A stretch of 64,000 bases of DNA from assembly GCA_965240325.2 (NCBI GenBank), contig OZ251225.1:2294001-2358000 (forward strand), in the 5' to 3' direction. How positions within the stretch are numbered: position 1 is the stretch's first letter; every line of letters begins with the position of its first letter. This stretch comes from Rebecca billardiae RCC1528. Its lineage: Eukaryota; Protista; Haptophyta. A model generated the notes under the pieces. It was not told the DNA's origin. It made no database searches and saw only the letters and a program-made list of their open reading frames with translations. Below, one piece after another: positions 55,029 through 64,000 of the stretch. A program made the translations under genes and the position numbers.

Positions 55029-57366
55029 ATGAGGCCGCAGGCGGGCGCCGGGCTCTCGGGCTACTTCCGCAAGCGCAAGGCGGGGGGCGAGCGGAACGCG
55101 TGCGAGCCGGCGTGCGGCTCGCGCGCGAAGAAGCCGCGCCCCTCGGCCGAGGACCGCAGCGACGACGAGGTCGGCGACGAGGTGCGCGCGCGCGCGCGCG
55201 CGCGGCTGAGCACAGCGCATGCGCCGACCGGGCTCGCGCGCACGATGACCCGAGCGCCGCGCGCTCGCGCTCGTCGCCGCGCCGCGCGCACCCGCCGCGC
55301 GCGCGCAGGTCTGCTCGGTCTGCTCGTCCGCTCGGCGCGCCGCGAGCATGCTGCTGTGCGACGGGCTGGGATGCGCGGTCGCGGCCCACTTTGACTGCCT
55401 CTCGCCGCCACTGGCGGGCGTGCCGCGCGGCGACTGGTTCTGCGCCGACTGCGACCCGTACGCGGACAGCGGCGTGCGGCGCAAGCCCGCGTGGATGCAG
55501 AGCCCGTCGGCGAAGCAGCCCCAGCCCGTGCGCGCGGGCAAGCAGGCAGGCGGCGCGCGCGCGCCAACGGCCGATGGCGGAGGGCCCGCGGCAGCACCGG
55601 CTCCGAGCCTTGACACGGCCGAGCGCCAGCGCGCGATCAAGCGGCTGCGCGCGGCGGCGCGCGAGCTGCACTACTCTTCGACGAGCGAGCGCCTCCTCTG
55701 CCGCACGAGCGAGCGCGACGTGATGCTCCGCTTCGTGCGCGAGCGCGTCGAGCAGGGCGCGGGCGGAGCCCTCTACGTGTGCGGCACACCGGGCAACGGC
55801 AAGACGGTCACGGTCAAGTGCGCGCAGCGTGGCGACGCGCGGCCGCGCGGGCGAGCTCCGGTGGGCGGAGCACGCGCTCGCGCTCACACGCCGCTCTTGT
55901 CCCCCCGCGCCGCACCTCGCGCCGTGCCGCCTCCGCGCGCCGCGCGCGCGCGCGCGCGCGCGCGCAGCCGCGTGTGTGCGACGCTTGCGCAGGAGATGCG
56001 CGCGCGCTCGGCGCGCGCGGCGCCGGTGGTCGTGCTGAACGCCTTCGCGTACGTGGACAGCCCCGCCGACCTGTTCGTCGCGCTCGCCGAGCGTCTCCGC
56101 GCGGCGGACGCCGACGCCGGCCTCCATCCTGCGCCCGCCGACCGGCCGAGCACGCGTGGCGGAGGCGGCGGGGCCAGCGGCGCGGCCGCGCAGCACAGGG
56201 GCGCAGAGGCTGGCCTCGAAGCCCGCTTCGCCCCGCCCGCCGGAGCGGGCGGCCGGCGGCGCGGTGCGCCGGAGCCGGCGGCGCTCGCCATCGTCTTCGT
56301 CGACGAGATCGACTCCCTCCACGCCGTCGCGCCCGACACGCTGTACCGCCTCTTCGAGTGGTCCGCACTGCCTGGCTCGCGGCTCGCGCTGGTCGGCATC
56401 GCCAACGCCATCGACCTGACCGAGCGGATGCTGCCGGCACTCGCGCGCCGCGGCTGCACGCCCGAGATGCTCACGTTCTCGCCGTACAGGCCGGAGGACA
56501 TCATGGCGATCCTCGAGGAGCGCCTGCTCCGCGCGCCGCGCTCGCCCGCCGGCAAAGCCGCCGGCCTCGCCGCGCCGCGCGCGCCCGCCGGCGCACCGGT
56601 CGGCACGGGCGCGGCGGCCGAAACAGACCCAGACGCCTCCGGCGCCGTCGGGCGGCTGGTCGAGCGCAGCGCTCTCGAGTTCTGCGCGCGCAAGGTGTGC
56701 GCCGCGTCGAGCGACGCGCGCAAGGCGCTGGACATCTGCCGCGGCGCGCTCGAGCTCGTGCTCAAGGAGATCGCCGCCGACGGCACCCCCGGCGCTGCCG
56801 CCGGCGCCACCGCCGCCGGCGCGGCGCCGGCGCCGCAGGCTGTGACGGTGCGCGTGATGGCGCGCGCCGTGAGCGCCACCTTCAAGTCTCGCATCGTTGA
56901 GGTGTGCGCGTCGCTGCCGCAGCACCAGCAGCTCTTCATGTGCGCCGCCGTCCTGCACTTCCGCGCGCGGCACGCCGCGGCGCACGCCGAGCAGCCGGGC
57001 GCCGCGCCGCCGCTGAGGCCCATCGCCAACGGCGGCCGCGCCAAGGCGGCGCGCGGCGTCGGCGGCCGGCGCGCGGAGGGCGGCGCGGGAGAGACGACCG
57101 TCGGGCAGCTGTACCGCGCGTACGTGCGGCTGTGCGCGCAGCAGCACGTGCGCGCCATCAGCGCGTCGGAGGTGGTGCCCGCGTGCCAGGCGCTCGCGGC
57201 GTGCGGCCTGCTGCACATGAGCGCACCGCCGGGCGCGCGCGCCCTCGACCGCGAGCTGGAGTGGCGCGTGAGCGTTGCGGTGCCGGAGGAGGACCTCAAG
57301 CACGCCGTGCGCGAGGTGCGCTTCTTCCGAGAGATCCTCGACGGCGGCGGCGCGGCGCCGAGCTGA
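55029..57366 (+). CDS. CDC6: Cdc6 (ORC1/CDC6 AAA+ family) with an N-terminal PHD finger; introns 55182-55308 and 55818-55967
   Basis: PHD: CSVC...MLLCDGLGC...HFDCLSPPLAGVPRGDWFCADC. Walker A GTPGNGKT, Walker B IVFVDEID, LYRLFEW, GIANAIDLTER, ALEFCARKV...DARKALDICR, winged helix SLPQHQQLFMC...VGQLYRAY (closer to Cdc6 than Orc1). Confidence 0.82.
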
Positions 57367-57894
57367 GCGGCGCGCAGCTGCACGCGCGCGCCGAAGGTGG
57401 GGGCGGCCTCCATCACACACCCGACCAGAGCACTGCCAGGCTGCCCGTGCGGACCAGCAACACGACGACACATCGTCGCACTTTAACATTGCTGCGGCCA
57501 CTGCCGACAAGTGCCCGGCCCCTCGCCCGGGCCCAGGGAGCTCGTCGCCTGCGCGTCGCGTGACGGATGTCACCTGTTTCGCCGTGCTCACCACGGTCGC
57601 TCAGACGCTCGCGCTGGCCGTCAGCATTTGCTGACATCAACGCGGACTGAGGTCCGGATCCACAATGGTAGTGGACATCACCATTAACGTTTAGTATAGT
57701 ATGACCATACTGAATACAGTTTACTAAGAATAAGAGACGCTCACAGCTCAGGCAGGCGAGATTGACGCCCGCTGCCGTGCAGATCTGCCGATGTGACCAA
57801 AAAGATGACCAAGATCTGATGAGATCTGTCGAGCATCGTCGGTGGTCGCACACCTCCAGATGGAGCTTGTCCAACGGCATTTCGCACCGCCGTG

Positions 57895-58980
57895 ATGCCG
57901 CATCACGGCGCGCTCGACGCGGAGTCGTACGAGCGGCTCACAGAGCAGCTCGCGCGAGAAGGCATCACGTCCGTCGCCCAGCTCCTCGCCACGCCGCGGC
58001 TTGAAATCCTTGCGCTGACTCGCCTCTTTCCGGCCGAGCTCGATGCCGTGACAGCCGCGGCCGCGCACGCTGCCATGCCCGCGTGCGCGACAGCTGCGGA
58101 GCTGCGCAGCCGCTCGCGGGCGCTGTGCACAGGCCTGAAGTCGCTGGATGACGCGCTCGGCGGCGGGCTATGCCCAGGGACTGTCACCGAAGTCGTGGGC
58201 GCGGCTGGCATGGGCAAGACGCAGCTGTGTATGCAGGTCGCCGCGCTCGCGCTGCTCGGGGACCCGGCAGCCGCTGTCGTGTACGTGGATGTGGAGCGCA
58301 CCTTCAGCGCGCAGCGGCTGAGCGAGATGCTCAGGCCGCGTCTCGAGGGCGAAATCGACGCCAACCTCGTGGAGGTCGCCCTTCTCGACGCCCTCAGCCG
58401 CGTGCACGTCGTGCGGCCGCTCGCGAGCACCCAGCTGCTCCACGCCCTCCAGACCGTCTGCGCGCTCACAGGCGGGGTGAGGAAGATCGCGCTGGTCGTC
58501 GTCGACTCCGTGGGCGCGCTCCCACGAGCTGAGTTCTCGCGCGAGGACCGACTCCGGCGCCACGAGCTGCTCACGTCGCTCTCCGCGCTGCTGAAGCGCA
58601 CGGCGCACATGCACAACGCTGCCGTGCTCGTGAGCAACCAGGTGATCAAGATGATGGACGACGCCGTGGCGCTGTGCGGCGAGATGGGCGGCAGCGGCGG
58701 CACGCGCCTCGAGCCGAGCCTCGGAGTGACCTGGGCGCATAACGTCAACTGTCGCCTCCTCGTCTCTGGCTTGGCGGCGCGAGCCCTCGAGTCGGACCAG
58801 AAGGGATACTCTCACTCCCTGATGCCGGTGCTCGGCGGCGAGAACACGTCGCCCGCTGACTTGCGCGTCGTGCGCGTGGAGAAATCGCCCAAGGCGGCCC
58901 AGGTCGACGTCGTGTACCAAATCGACGAGTCGGGGCTGGTTGAGGCCGCCAATGAGCGGCCACTTCAACGATTCGCTTGA
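57895..58980 (+). CDS. RAD51B: RAD51 paralog, RAD51B-like; intronless
   Basis: LDDALGGGL...TEVVGAAGMGKTQLCMQ, VVYVDVERTFSAQRL, LVVVDSV, LGVTWAHNVNCRL, KSP...VVYQIDESGL. Confidence 0.8.
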   Translation: MPHHGALDAESYERLTEQLAREGITSVAQLLATPRLEILALTRLFPAELDAVTAAAAHAAMPACATAAELRSRSRALCTGLKSLDDALGGGLCPGTVTEVVGAAGMGKTQLCMQVAALALLGDPAAAVVYVDVERTFSAQRLSEMLRPRLEGEIDANLVEVALLDALSRVHVVRPLASTQLLHALQTVCALTGGVRKIALVVVDSVGALPRAEFSREDRLRRHELLTSLSALLKRTAHMHNAAVLVSNQVIKMMDDAVALCGEMGGSGGTRLEPSLGVTWAHNVNCRLLVSGLAARALESDQKGYSHSLMPVLGGENTSPADLRVVRVEKSPKAAQVDVVYQIDESGLVEAANERPLQRFA

Positions 58981-59426
58981 AGGCGAACGTCCACACTCGG
59001 CTCAGTTACAGTAACATTCACTAACACCGTCAGACTACTCAGTACTCGCTAGCTCCCTTGGCTGATGATCATCACCTCCACTGTCGATCATCCTCGTACT
59101 GTTCAAAACCAGTTTCCAGGTCTCTCTTCGGAGAGCGTGCGCTGAAGGATGGCGCGGCAACCTGCCACCGTGAGCCTTACGCACGTTAAAACAAATAAAC
59201 TGTAGTAGTAGATTGTGACTGTGCATGACAGATCAACTGATCAAGACTGGAGACTCAGGAACCGGGAAAGGTCGACGAACGTCAAAATTCAAAATGAGCA
59301 AGCCCGGGAGGCGGGAGCCGCTGCTCACCAGCGCCGCGCTGCCGAACCGGCCTCCCGGGGGCCCAGGCGGGCGGAGTTTGAGTGCCAGGCCGTTCGCGCC
59401 CCGCCCTGCCTCCGCGCGCCGCCGTC

Positions 59427-62072
59427 ATGGTCGACGCGCTCCTCCCGCGCTTGGAGCACGTGGCCGAGGCCGCCGACAAGGACTTGGCGCTGAGCGAGCT
59501 TCGGCGGCAGCTGGCCGACGATGGCTGGCGCCACGTGCCCGTTCTCTCGTGCGATCCGTGCTGGCACGCGTACCGCACGGACACGCTCGACCTCCTTCAC
59601 ACCCTGCCGGTGGAGAAGCGGGAGCTGGCAGAGAGGCACCTGTTCGGCGTGCTTCGCGGCTTCATCTCGCACGATGCCGAACGCCGCACGTTCGGATACT
59701 TCCACGGCCGGGAGGCGACAAGCTACTACGCCGGGCGCGACGGCTTCATCGGCGCGAGCAACTCTGCGTACGAGATCAGCGGCGGCATTGTCGGCGTCGT
59801 GCTGGGCGAGTGGCGACGTGAGGACTGGGAGCGCGCCCTAGGCTCCGGGCGCGTGCGCGTCTTCGTTCACGTGGGCCGCATGAACGTCCCAGTTCCGGGC
59901 ACGTGGGGCACCGAGCGCACGGACAATTGCATCGCGGACATGCGCGTACACCGCACCTTCACCGTCGCGATCAGCGTGCGCGCGTGCGCGGACGACGTGG
60001 CCGAGACGCTTCAGGACCCGTACGCGCGCGTGTCGCTCTTGACGGAAACGTCCGAGCTCCCGTTCGCCATCATCGCGAGCGGCCTCGACGTGGACGGCAA
60101 GCTTCCTCCTAACGGCCGCGGCGATCGCGAGACTTGCCTCGAGGCCGCGTGCTATGACGGCAACGTGCGCGGCTTCCGCGCGCTGCTCGGCGCCGGCGCG
60201 GACCCGGACCCGCCGCCGCACGGGCAGCAGCAGTGGGGCCTGCTCGTCCCTGCGGCGGCGTACGGGCGCTCGGCGTGCGTCATGCTCCTTCTCGACTCGC
60301 TTGGCGCGCGGCTTGCCGACTTCCCCGACGCGGCACGTGCCTTCAACGCGTGCCAGCAGGCAGATGACTGGATGGGCGTCTCCGACGACGAGGCCGCGGT
60401 GTGCGGCCGCATCGCGGCGATGCACCACCTGCGTGCGGCGGGCGCGCCGGCCGCCCTCGACCCCTTGGCCATCTGCTCGTGCTTGGGCACCGTCAACGAC
60501 GACGCGCGCATGCTGGGCCACGCCCTCCTCCTCGGCGCGCCCCCGGACCAGGAGCTTGAGTTAGGTCCCTGTGCCGGGGTGCAGATGAGGCCGCGGCCGC
60601 GCGTGCCGCTCGAGTTCCTGCTGTGCGGCGCGCCGCAAGTCAACGAGAGCGAGAACGGCGAGACACGGCAGCGCCATGCGCTCCCCATGATCGTCTTCCT
60701 CGCCGCGTACGGCGCCTCGCGCACGCTGCCCGACGGGACGCGCGCTGAGGAGTACGTGCGCCCAGACGGCCTCGGCGGCATGGCGCGCGCCTTCCTCCAG
60801 CGCACGCGCGCGTACTCGACGCCGCTGCACTACGCGGCGCACCTGCCCACCTCGCACGTGGTGCACCTCCTCGCCACCGGCGCGGACGTGCACGCGCCGG
60901 GCGGCGACGGCGGCCCGACGCCGTACGAGCTCGCCGCCGCCGCGATCGCGCAGGACGAGCCCACGACGAGCCAGCTTCTGGTCGTCCACGGTCGGGGCTC
61001 GCCGCTCGAGCCCGCCGTGCGCCACCTGATGCCCTTGGCGCTGCGCCCGCGCTTCCTCTTCCTGCAGTGGGTGGGCGCGCAGCTCGCGCGCGCGCACGCC
61101 GTCGACCTCGCGCCGGCGTGGGAGGCGCACGTCGTGCCGCGCTGCCTGCCCGCTTCCCTCCTCGAAGCCCTCGCCATGGCCCCCCGCGGCCTCGAGGCGG
61201 TGATGCCTGTGCCGACGGCCGAGCGCGCGCTCGCCGAGCCGGGCGCGGGCGAGGGCGTGCTCGGCGTGATGCGCCTGCCCAGCCTGCGCGAGCTCGCGCT
61301 GCCGTGGGTCCACACGCGCCGAAGCACGCCCGTGTGGGCCACGCTCGCCGTCCACGGCGCACGCGGCTGGTCGCCGGGCACGCACTGGGCGTTCCCTCGG
61401 CCGGAGCGGCAGCGCGCGCGCTACCTCGCGTGGCTCGGCGCGCGGCTTGGCGCGGCGCACGCGCACGCGCCGAGCGAATTTGTGGGCGTGTGGCACGAGT
61501 GCGTGATGCCGCTGCTGATGCCCGCGCGCCTGCTCGACTGCTACCCCGTCACACCGCCGCGGCGCGGCCGCGACGAGCTGCTCGTTGACCTCGCCTCCGG
61601 CGACGACGCGCGCGCGCGCGGCCTGGGCGGCGGCTGCAGCCTGCACGAGCGCGCGGCGCCATGGCTGGAGCTCCCGCTCGCCGAGCGCCCGTCGTGGGTG
61701 AACATTGTCTGCCTGGGCGGCGCCACCTGGTCCGTCGACACGCACGCGCTCTTCGGCCCGGCCATTCGCCACCAGGCTCGCTTCCTCTCGTGGGTGGGCG
61801 CGCAGCTCACGCGCCGATTCGGCCTCGGCGGAGGCACGGGCGCGCACCACGTGTGGGAGACGTGCGTGCTGCCGTGCGTGCTACGCGAGGACCTGCTCGC
61901 TGCGCTGCAGCTGCGCAGCGAGGGGCGCGCGGCCTGCGCGTTCACCACGTCCACGACCACCGACAAGCTCACTACTTGGACGGGTGGCACTGCCCTCGAG
62001 CCGATGCTGGACGACGAGTACCTCGACTGGGCGGGCGAGCTCGTCGTCGAGTGGGACGACGAGGTATGCTAA
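59427..62072 (+). CDS. Ankyrin-like repeat protein, copy B (~881 aa); inverted paralog of 4265-6913
   Basis: Near-identical protein to copy A; ATG 59427, TAA 62070-62072. Confidence 0.8.
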   Translation: MVDALLPRLEHVAEAADKDLALSELRRQLADDGWRHVPVLSCDPCWHAYRTDTLDLLHTLPVEKRELAERHLFGVLRGFISHDAERRTFGYFHGREATSYYAGRDGFIGASNSAYEISGGIVGVVLGEWRREDWERALGSGRVRVFVHVGRMNVPVPGTWGTERTDNCIADMRVHRTFTVAISVRACADDVAETLQDPYARVSLLTETSELPFAIIASGLDVDGKLPPNGRGDRETCLEAACYDGNVRGFRALLGAGADPDPPPHGQQQWGLLVPAAAYGRSACVMLLLDSLGARLADFPDAARAFNACQQADDWMGVSDDEAAVCGRIAAMHHLRAAGAPAALDPLAICSCLGTVNDDARMLGHALLLGAPPDQELELGPCAGVQMRPRPRVPLEFLLCGAPQVNESENGETRQRHALPMIVFLAAYGASRTLPDGTRAEEYVRPDGLGGMARAFLQRTRAYSTPLHYAAHLPTSHVVHLLATGADVHAPGGDGGPTPYELAAAAIAQDEPTTSQLLVVHGRGSPLEPAVRHLMPLALRPRFLFLQWVGAQLARAHAVDLAPAWEAHVVPRCLPASLLEALAMAPRGLEAVMPVPTAERALAEPGAGEGVLGVMRLPSLRELALPWVHTRRSTPVWATLAVHGARGWSPGTHWAFPRPERQRARYLAWLGARLGAAHAHAPSEFVGVWHECVMPLLMPARLLDCYPVTPPRRGRDELLVDLASGDDARARGLGGGCSLHERAAPWLELPLAERPSWVNIVCLGGATWSVDTHALFGPAIRHQARFLSWVGAQLTRRFGLGGGTGAHHVWETCVLPCVLREDLLAALQLRSEGRAACAFTTSTTTDKLTTWTGGTALEPMLDDEYLDWAGELVVEWDDEVC

Positions 62073-62586
62073 TGGCGGGCTGGCTGCGCGCACCTGGCGG
62101 CTCTCTCGTCGTGCGGTCGTGGCGGCGCCGTGATTCATCTTCCCGCCCCGGGAGTGACTAGTGAGGGCGCGAGCGGCGAGGCGGCCACCAAGGCCCTCAT
62201 CAGATTCAGCAACTCTGTCGACGAGCTTACTGTACTATAACTACGGCGGAGCTAATTCATCGATTATTCGATACGATATGCGCTGCTACAAAGTTCTACG
62301 AGCATGATGAGCGATCGACTGCGTCGTAACCTGCGCTGGCCGCGCCCTCCGCGGGCCTTTGAATGATTCAATTAATGAATGACGTCACTCACTCACTATA
62401 GACACTACTCAGGCTCAGCCTTCGCCGGCCCTTCGTCGCGGGCTTCGGAGGCAACGGTCCGACGGTAACACCCGAGTGACCCGTTTAAGACGGCGCAGGC
62501 CACGCCGCGTTAGTTACTAGCGGTTAGGCCACTAGCTACGGCACGCCGATTTACTAAACGCGACTATTTACTATATATATATAGTT

Positions 62587-62917
62587 ATGGCCCGCGGTGC
62601 AGGGCGGAGCGCGCAGCGTGGAGCCCGCTCCGCGGGCACTAACCACGTTTCAAAAAGATCTTTGATCAATGAAGAAAAAAGGGACGGGGGACGATTTTCA
62701 GGGCTGGAGGAGACCGAGTTTCGAATTTTGAGACTCCCTTACAGGTGCATCCTCGTCGAAAAAGGACGCGGCCGCCGTCTTGAATAGTGAATAGAGGAAT
62801 CGATCAACGAAACCCACGCCCAAGTGTGCGAGGGTGAGTAATTACGGGTGGACTCAGTCGTTCATGTGTGACCATAGTAAATAAATATGGGCCTCGCCGC
62901 CGCAAGAACGACTCTCA
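62587..62917. mobile_element. Truncated inverted copy of the MITE-like element at 3329-3684
   Basis: Begins ATGGCCCGCGGTGCAGGGCGGAGC and contains CCACGTTTCAAAAAGATCTTTGATCAA and GAGTTTCGAATTTTGAGACTCCCTTACAGGTGCATCCTCGTCG; the second TIR is missing. Confidence 0.7.
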
Positions 62918-63269
62918 CCAACTCCACTACTGCGAGACATTGAAAAATACCCGCAGCTATTCGTCGCCAGCCCATTTCATAGTCACTGATCGACGCACCG
63001 AGCTGCGGAGCTGGCGAGCCTCAAAACTTGCCGTCGTCGCAAGGCAGCAGGTTTGAGCCCGTTCGGAGGTGGCGAGGACGCCGCGCGACTCTCGCCTCCA
63101 AGCAAGGGCGGGCGATGGGCAGGTGCGCGCGGCCAGTGGCGCCTGGAGCGCGCGTCTGCGGCGGGTCCCGACGGCCGTTGACATCGTGTTCGTGCCCCGC
63201 TCACTAGTCACTCCGCGCGCCCCTGCCGCCCTGTCGATGCCTGCGCGGCCGGGGCCGCGCGTCAGCCGG

Positions 63270-64000
63270 CGCCGGCAGCCGCCGCCCTTTGTTCGGGCTC
63301 TCGCAAGCTCGGGGGCAGCGGCGCCTGACTGATGCCGGACTGATCGATCTCTGAGTCTCCGACTTCACCACACGCCCCCCTTGTCATGCCTCTCCGCCAG
63401 GGTCTCCCAGAACTCTTCTTCCGAGAGCAGGCGCGCCAACCCGAATCCATCGATCTGTTCCGTGCCGGCACTCTCGGCCCGCGCCGGCAAGTCTGTCTGC
63501 AGCGCTGGACGGGCGGACCTAGGAGGACGAGCTGCGGCGCGGACGACGGTGGTGCGCGACGTCCCCAGAGCTGGCCGTGCTGCCTCTGCGACGCGTGCAG
63601 AGCCTGACCGAGGTGTGTCACCCCGTGACCCCGTGCAGTGCAACCGTGGCGTGCGGAGTGAATAACAATCACCGGTGCCCTCGCACCTCGGCACACACAG
63701 TGCTCCCTCTGGCTGTCTGCTCCGCGTGGCCTCAGTGACAGACAGGCCTGGCGTGCACGTAGATAGAGTTGCGCTCATGCGTCGATCACGCCTCGCGCCC
63801 GCCTGTCGGCCGTCGCGCAGGCGCTGGTCGAACCCTACTCGGACCAGTGCAAATCATCTACTCCTGGCGCTGCCCGGCGGCGCGCGGTGACGACAGACAG
63901 CGCGGTCAGCAGCAGCGGCCCGAACGAATCCGCGGCCCCGCACCGTGTTCCCTGGCTGTCAGCTCCACGTGGCCTGGCATGCACGTGGAGTCGCGCCTCA
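63270..64000. repeat. Diverged inverted copy of ~2040-2670 (runs off the window)
   Basis: TGATGCCGGACTGATCGATCTCTGAGTCTCCGACTTCACCACACGCCCCC and AGCCTGACCGAGGTGTGTCACCCCGTG are reverse complements of left-end sequence. Confidence 0.88.

Noticed and set aside
7000-59300. The whole interior as cargo of a giant transposon or endogenous virus
   Set aside because: No transposase, integrase, polymerase or capsid gene seen; the interior genes are typical intron-containing host genes.
63365-63480. Peptide AESAGTEQIDGFGLARLLSEEEFW resembling the end of an Mrr-type nuclease or BRCT domain
   Set aside because: No upstream catalytic motif, and the frame is not preserved in the left copy; too weak to call.

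Overview
Very GC-rich eukaryotic nuclear DNA with short spliceosomal introns (101-223 nt; donors almost always GTGCG, acceptors CAG). The style suggests a haptophyte alga such as Pavlovales, but that is inference only. Most ORFs in the track are GC-driven shadows. Genes I could reconstruct, left to right: 3' part of RBM19/MRD1; ankyrin-type gene copy A (-); a membrane-anchored GlmS/GFAT-like Ntn-amidotransferase; a ~4,000-aa polycystin-1-like (IPT/REJ/EGF/GPS/5TM) protein carrying a ~1,300-aa Ser-Pro3 stalk; a Bcr/CflA-type MFS transporter; a HAD-domain protein; ATG7; a ~3,079-aa double (2 x [6TM-CNBD-ankyrin]) Shaker/SKOR-like channel with two non-canonical selectivity filters; a TBL/PC-esterase; a Paladin-like phosphatase; SGF29; mitoferrin; CDC6 with an N-terminal PHD finger and an E2F site upstream; RAD51B; ankyrin-type gene copy B (+). 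Structural oddities: both ends of the window carry an inverted duplication (ankyrin gene plus TE-like flank) around a ~52-kb block; a ~410-bp near-perfect inverted repeat forms the shared upstream region of ATG7 and its divergent neighbour; and a repeat family with one fixed terminus occurs four times in intergenic DNA. I saw no rRNA, tRNA or CRISPR. Exon boundaries were derived by eye from splice motifs and frame continuity.
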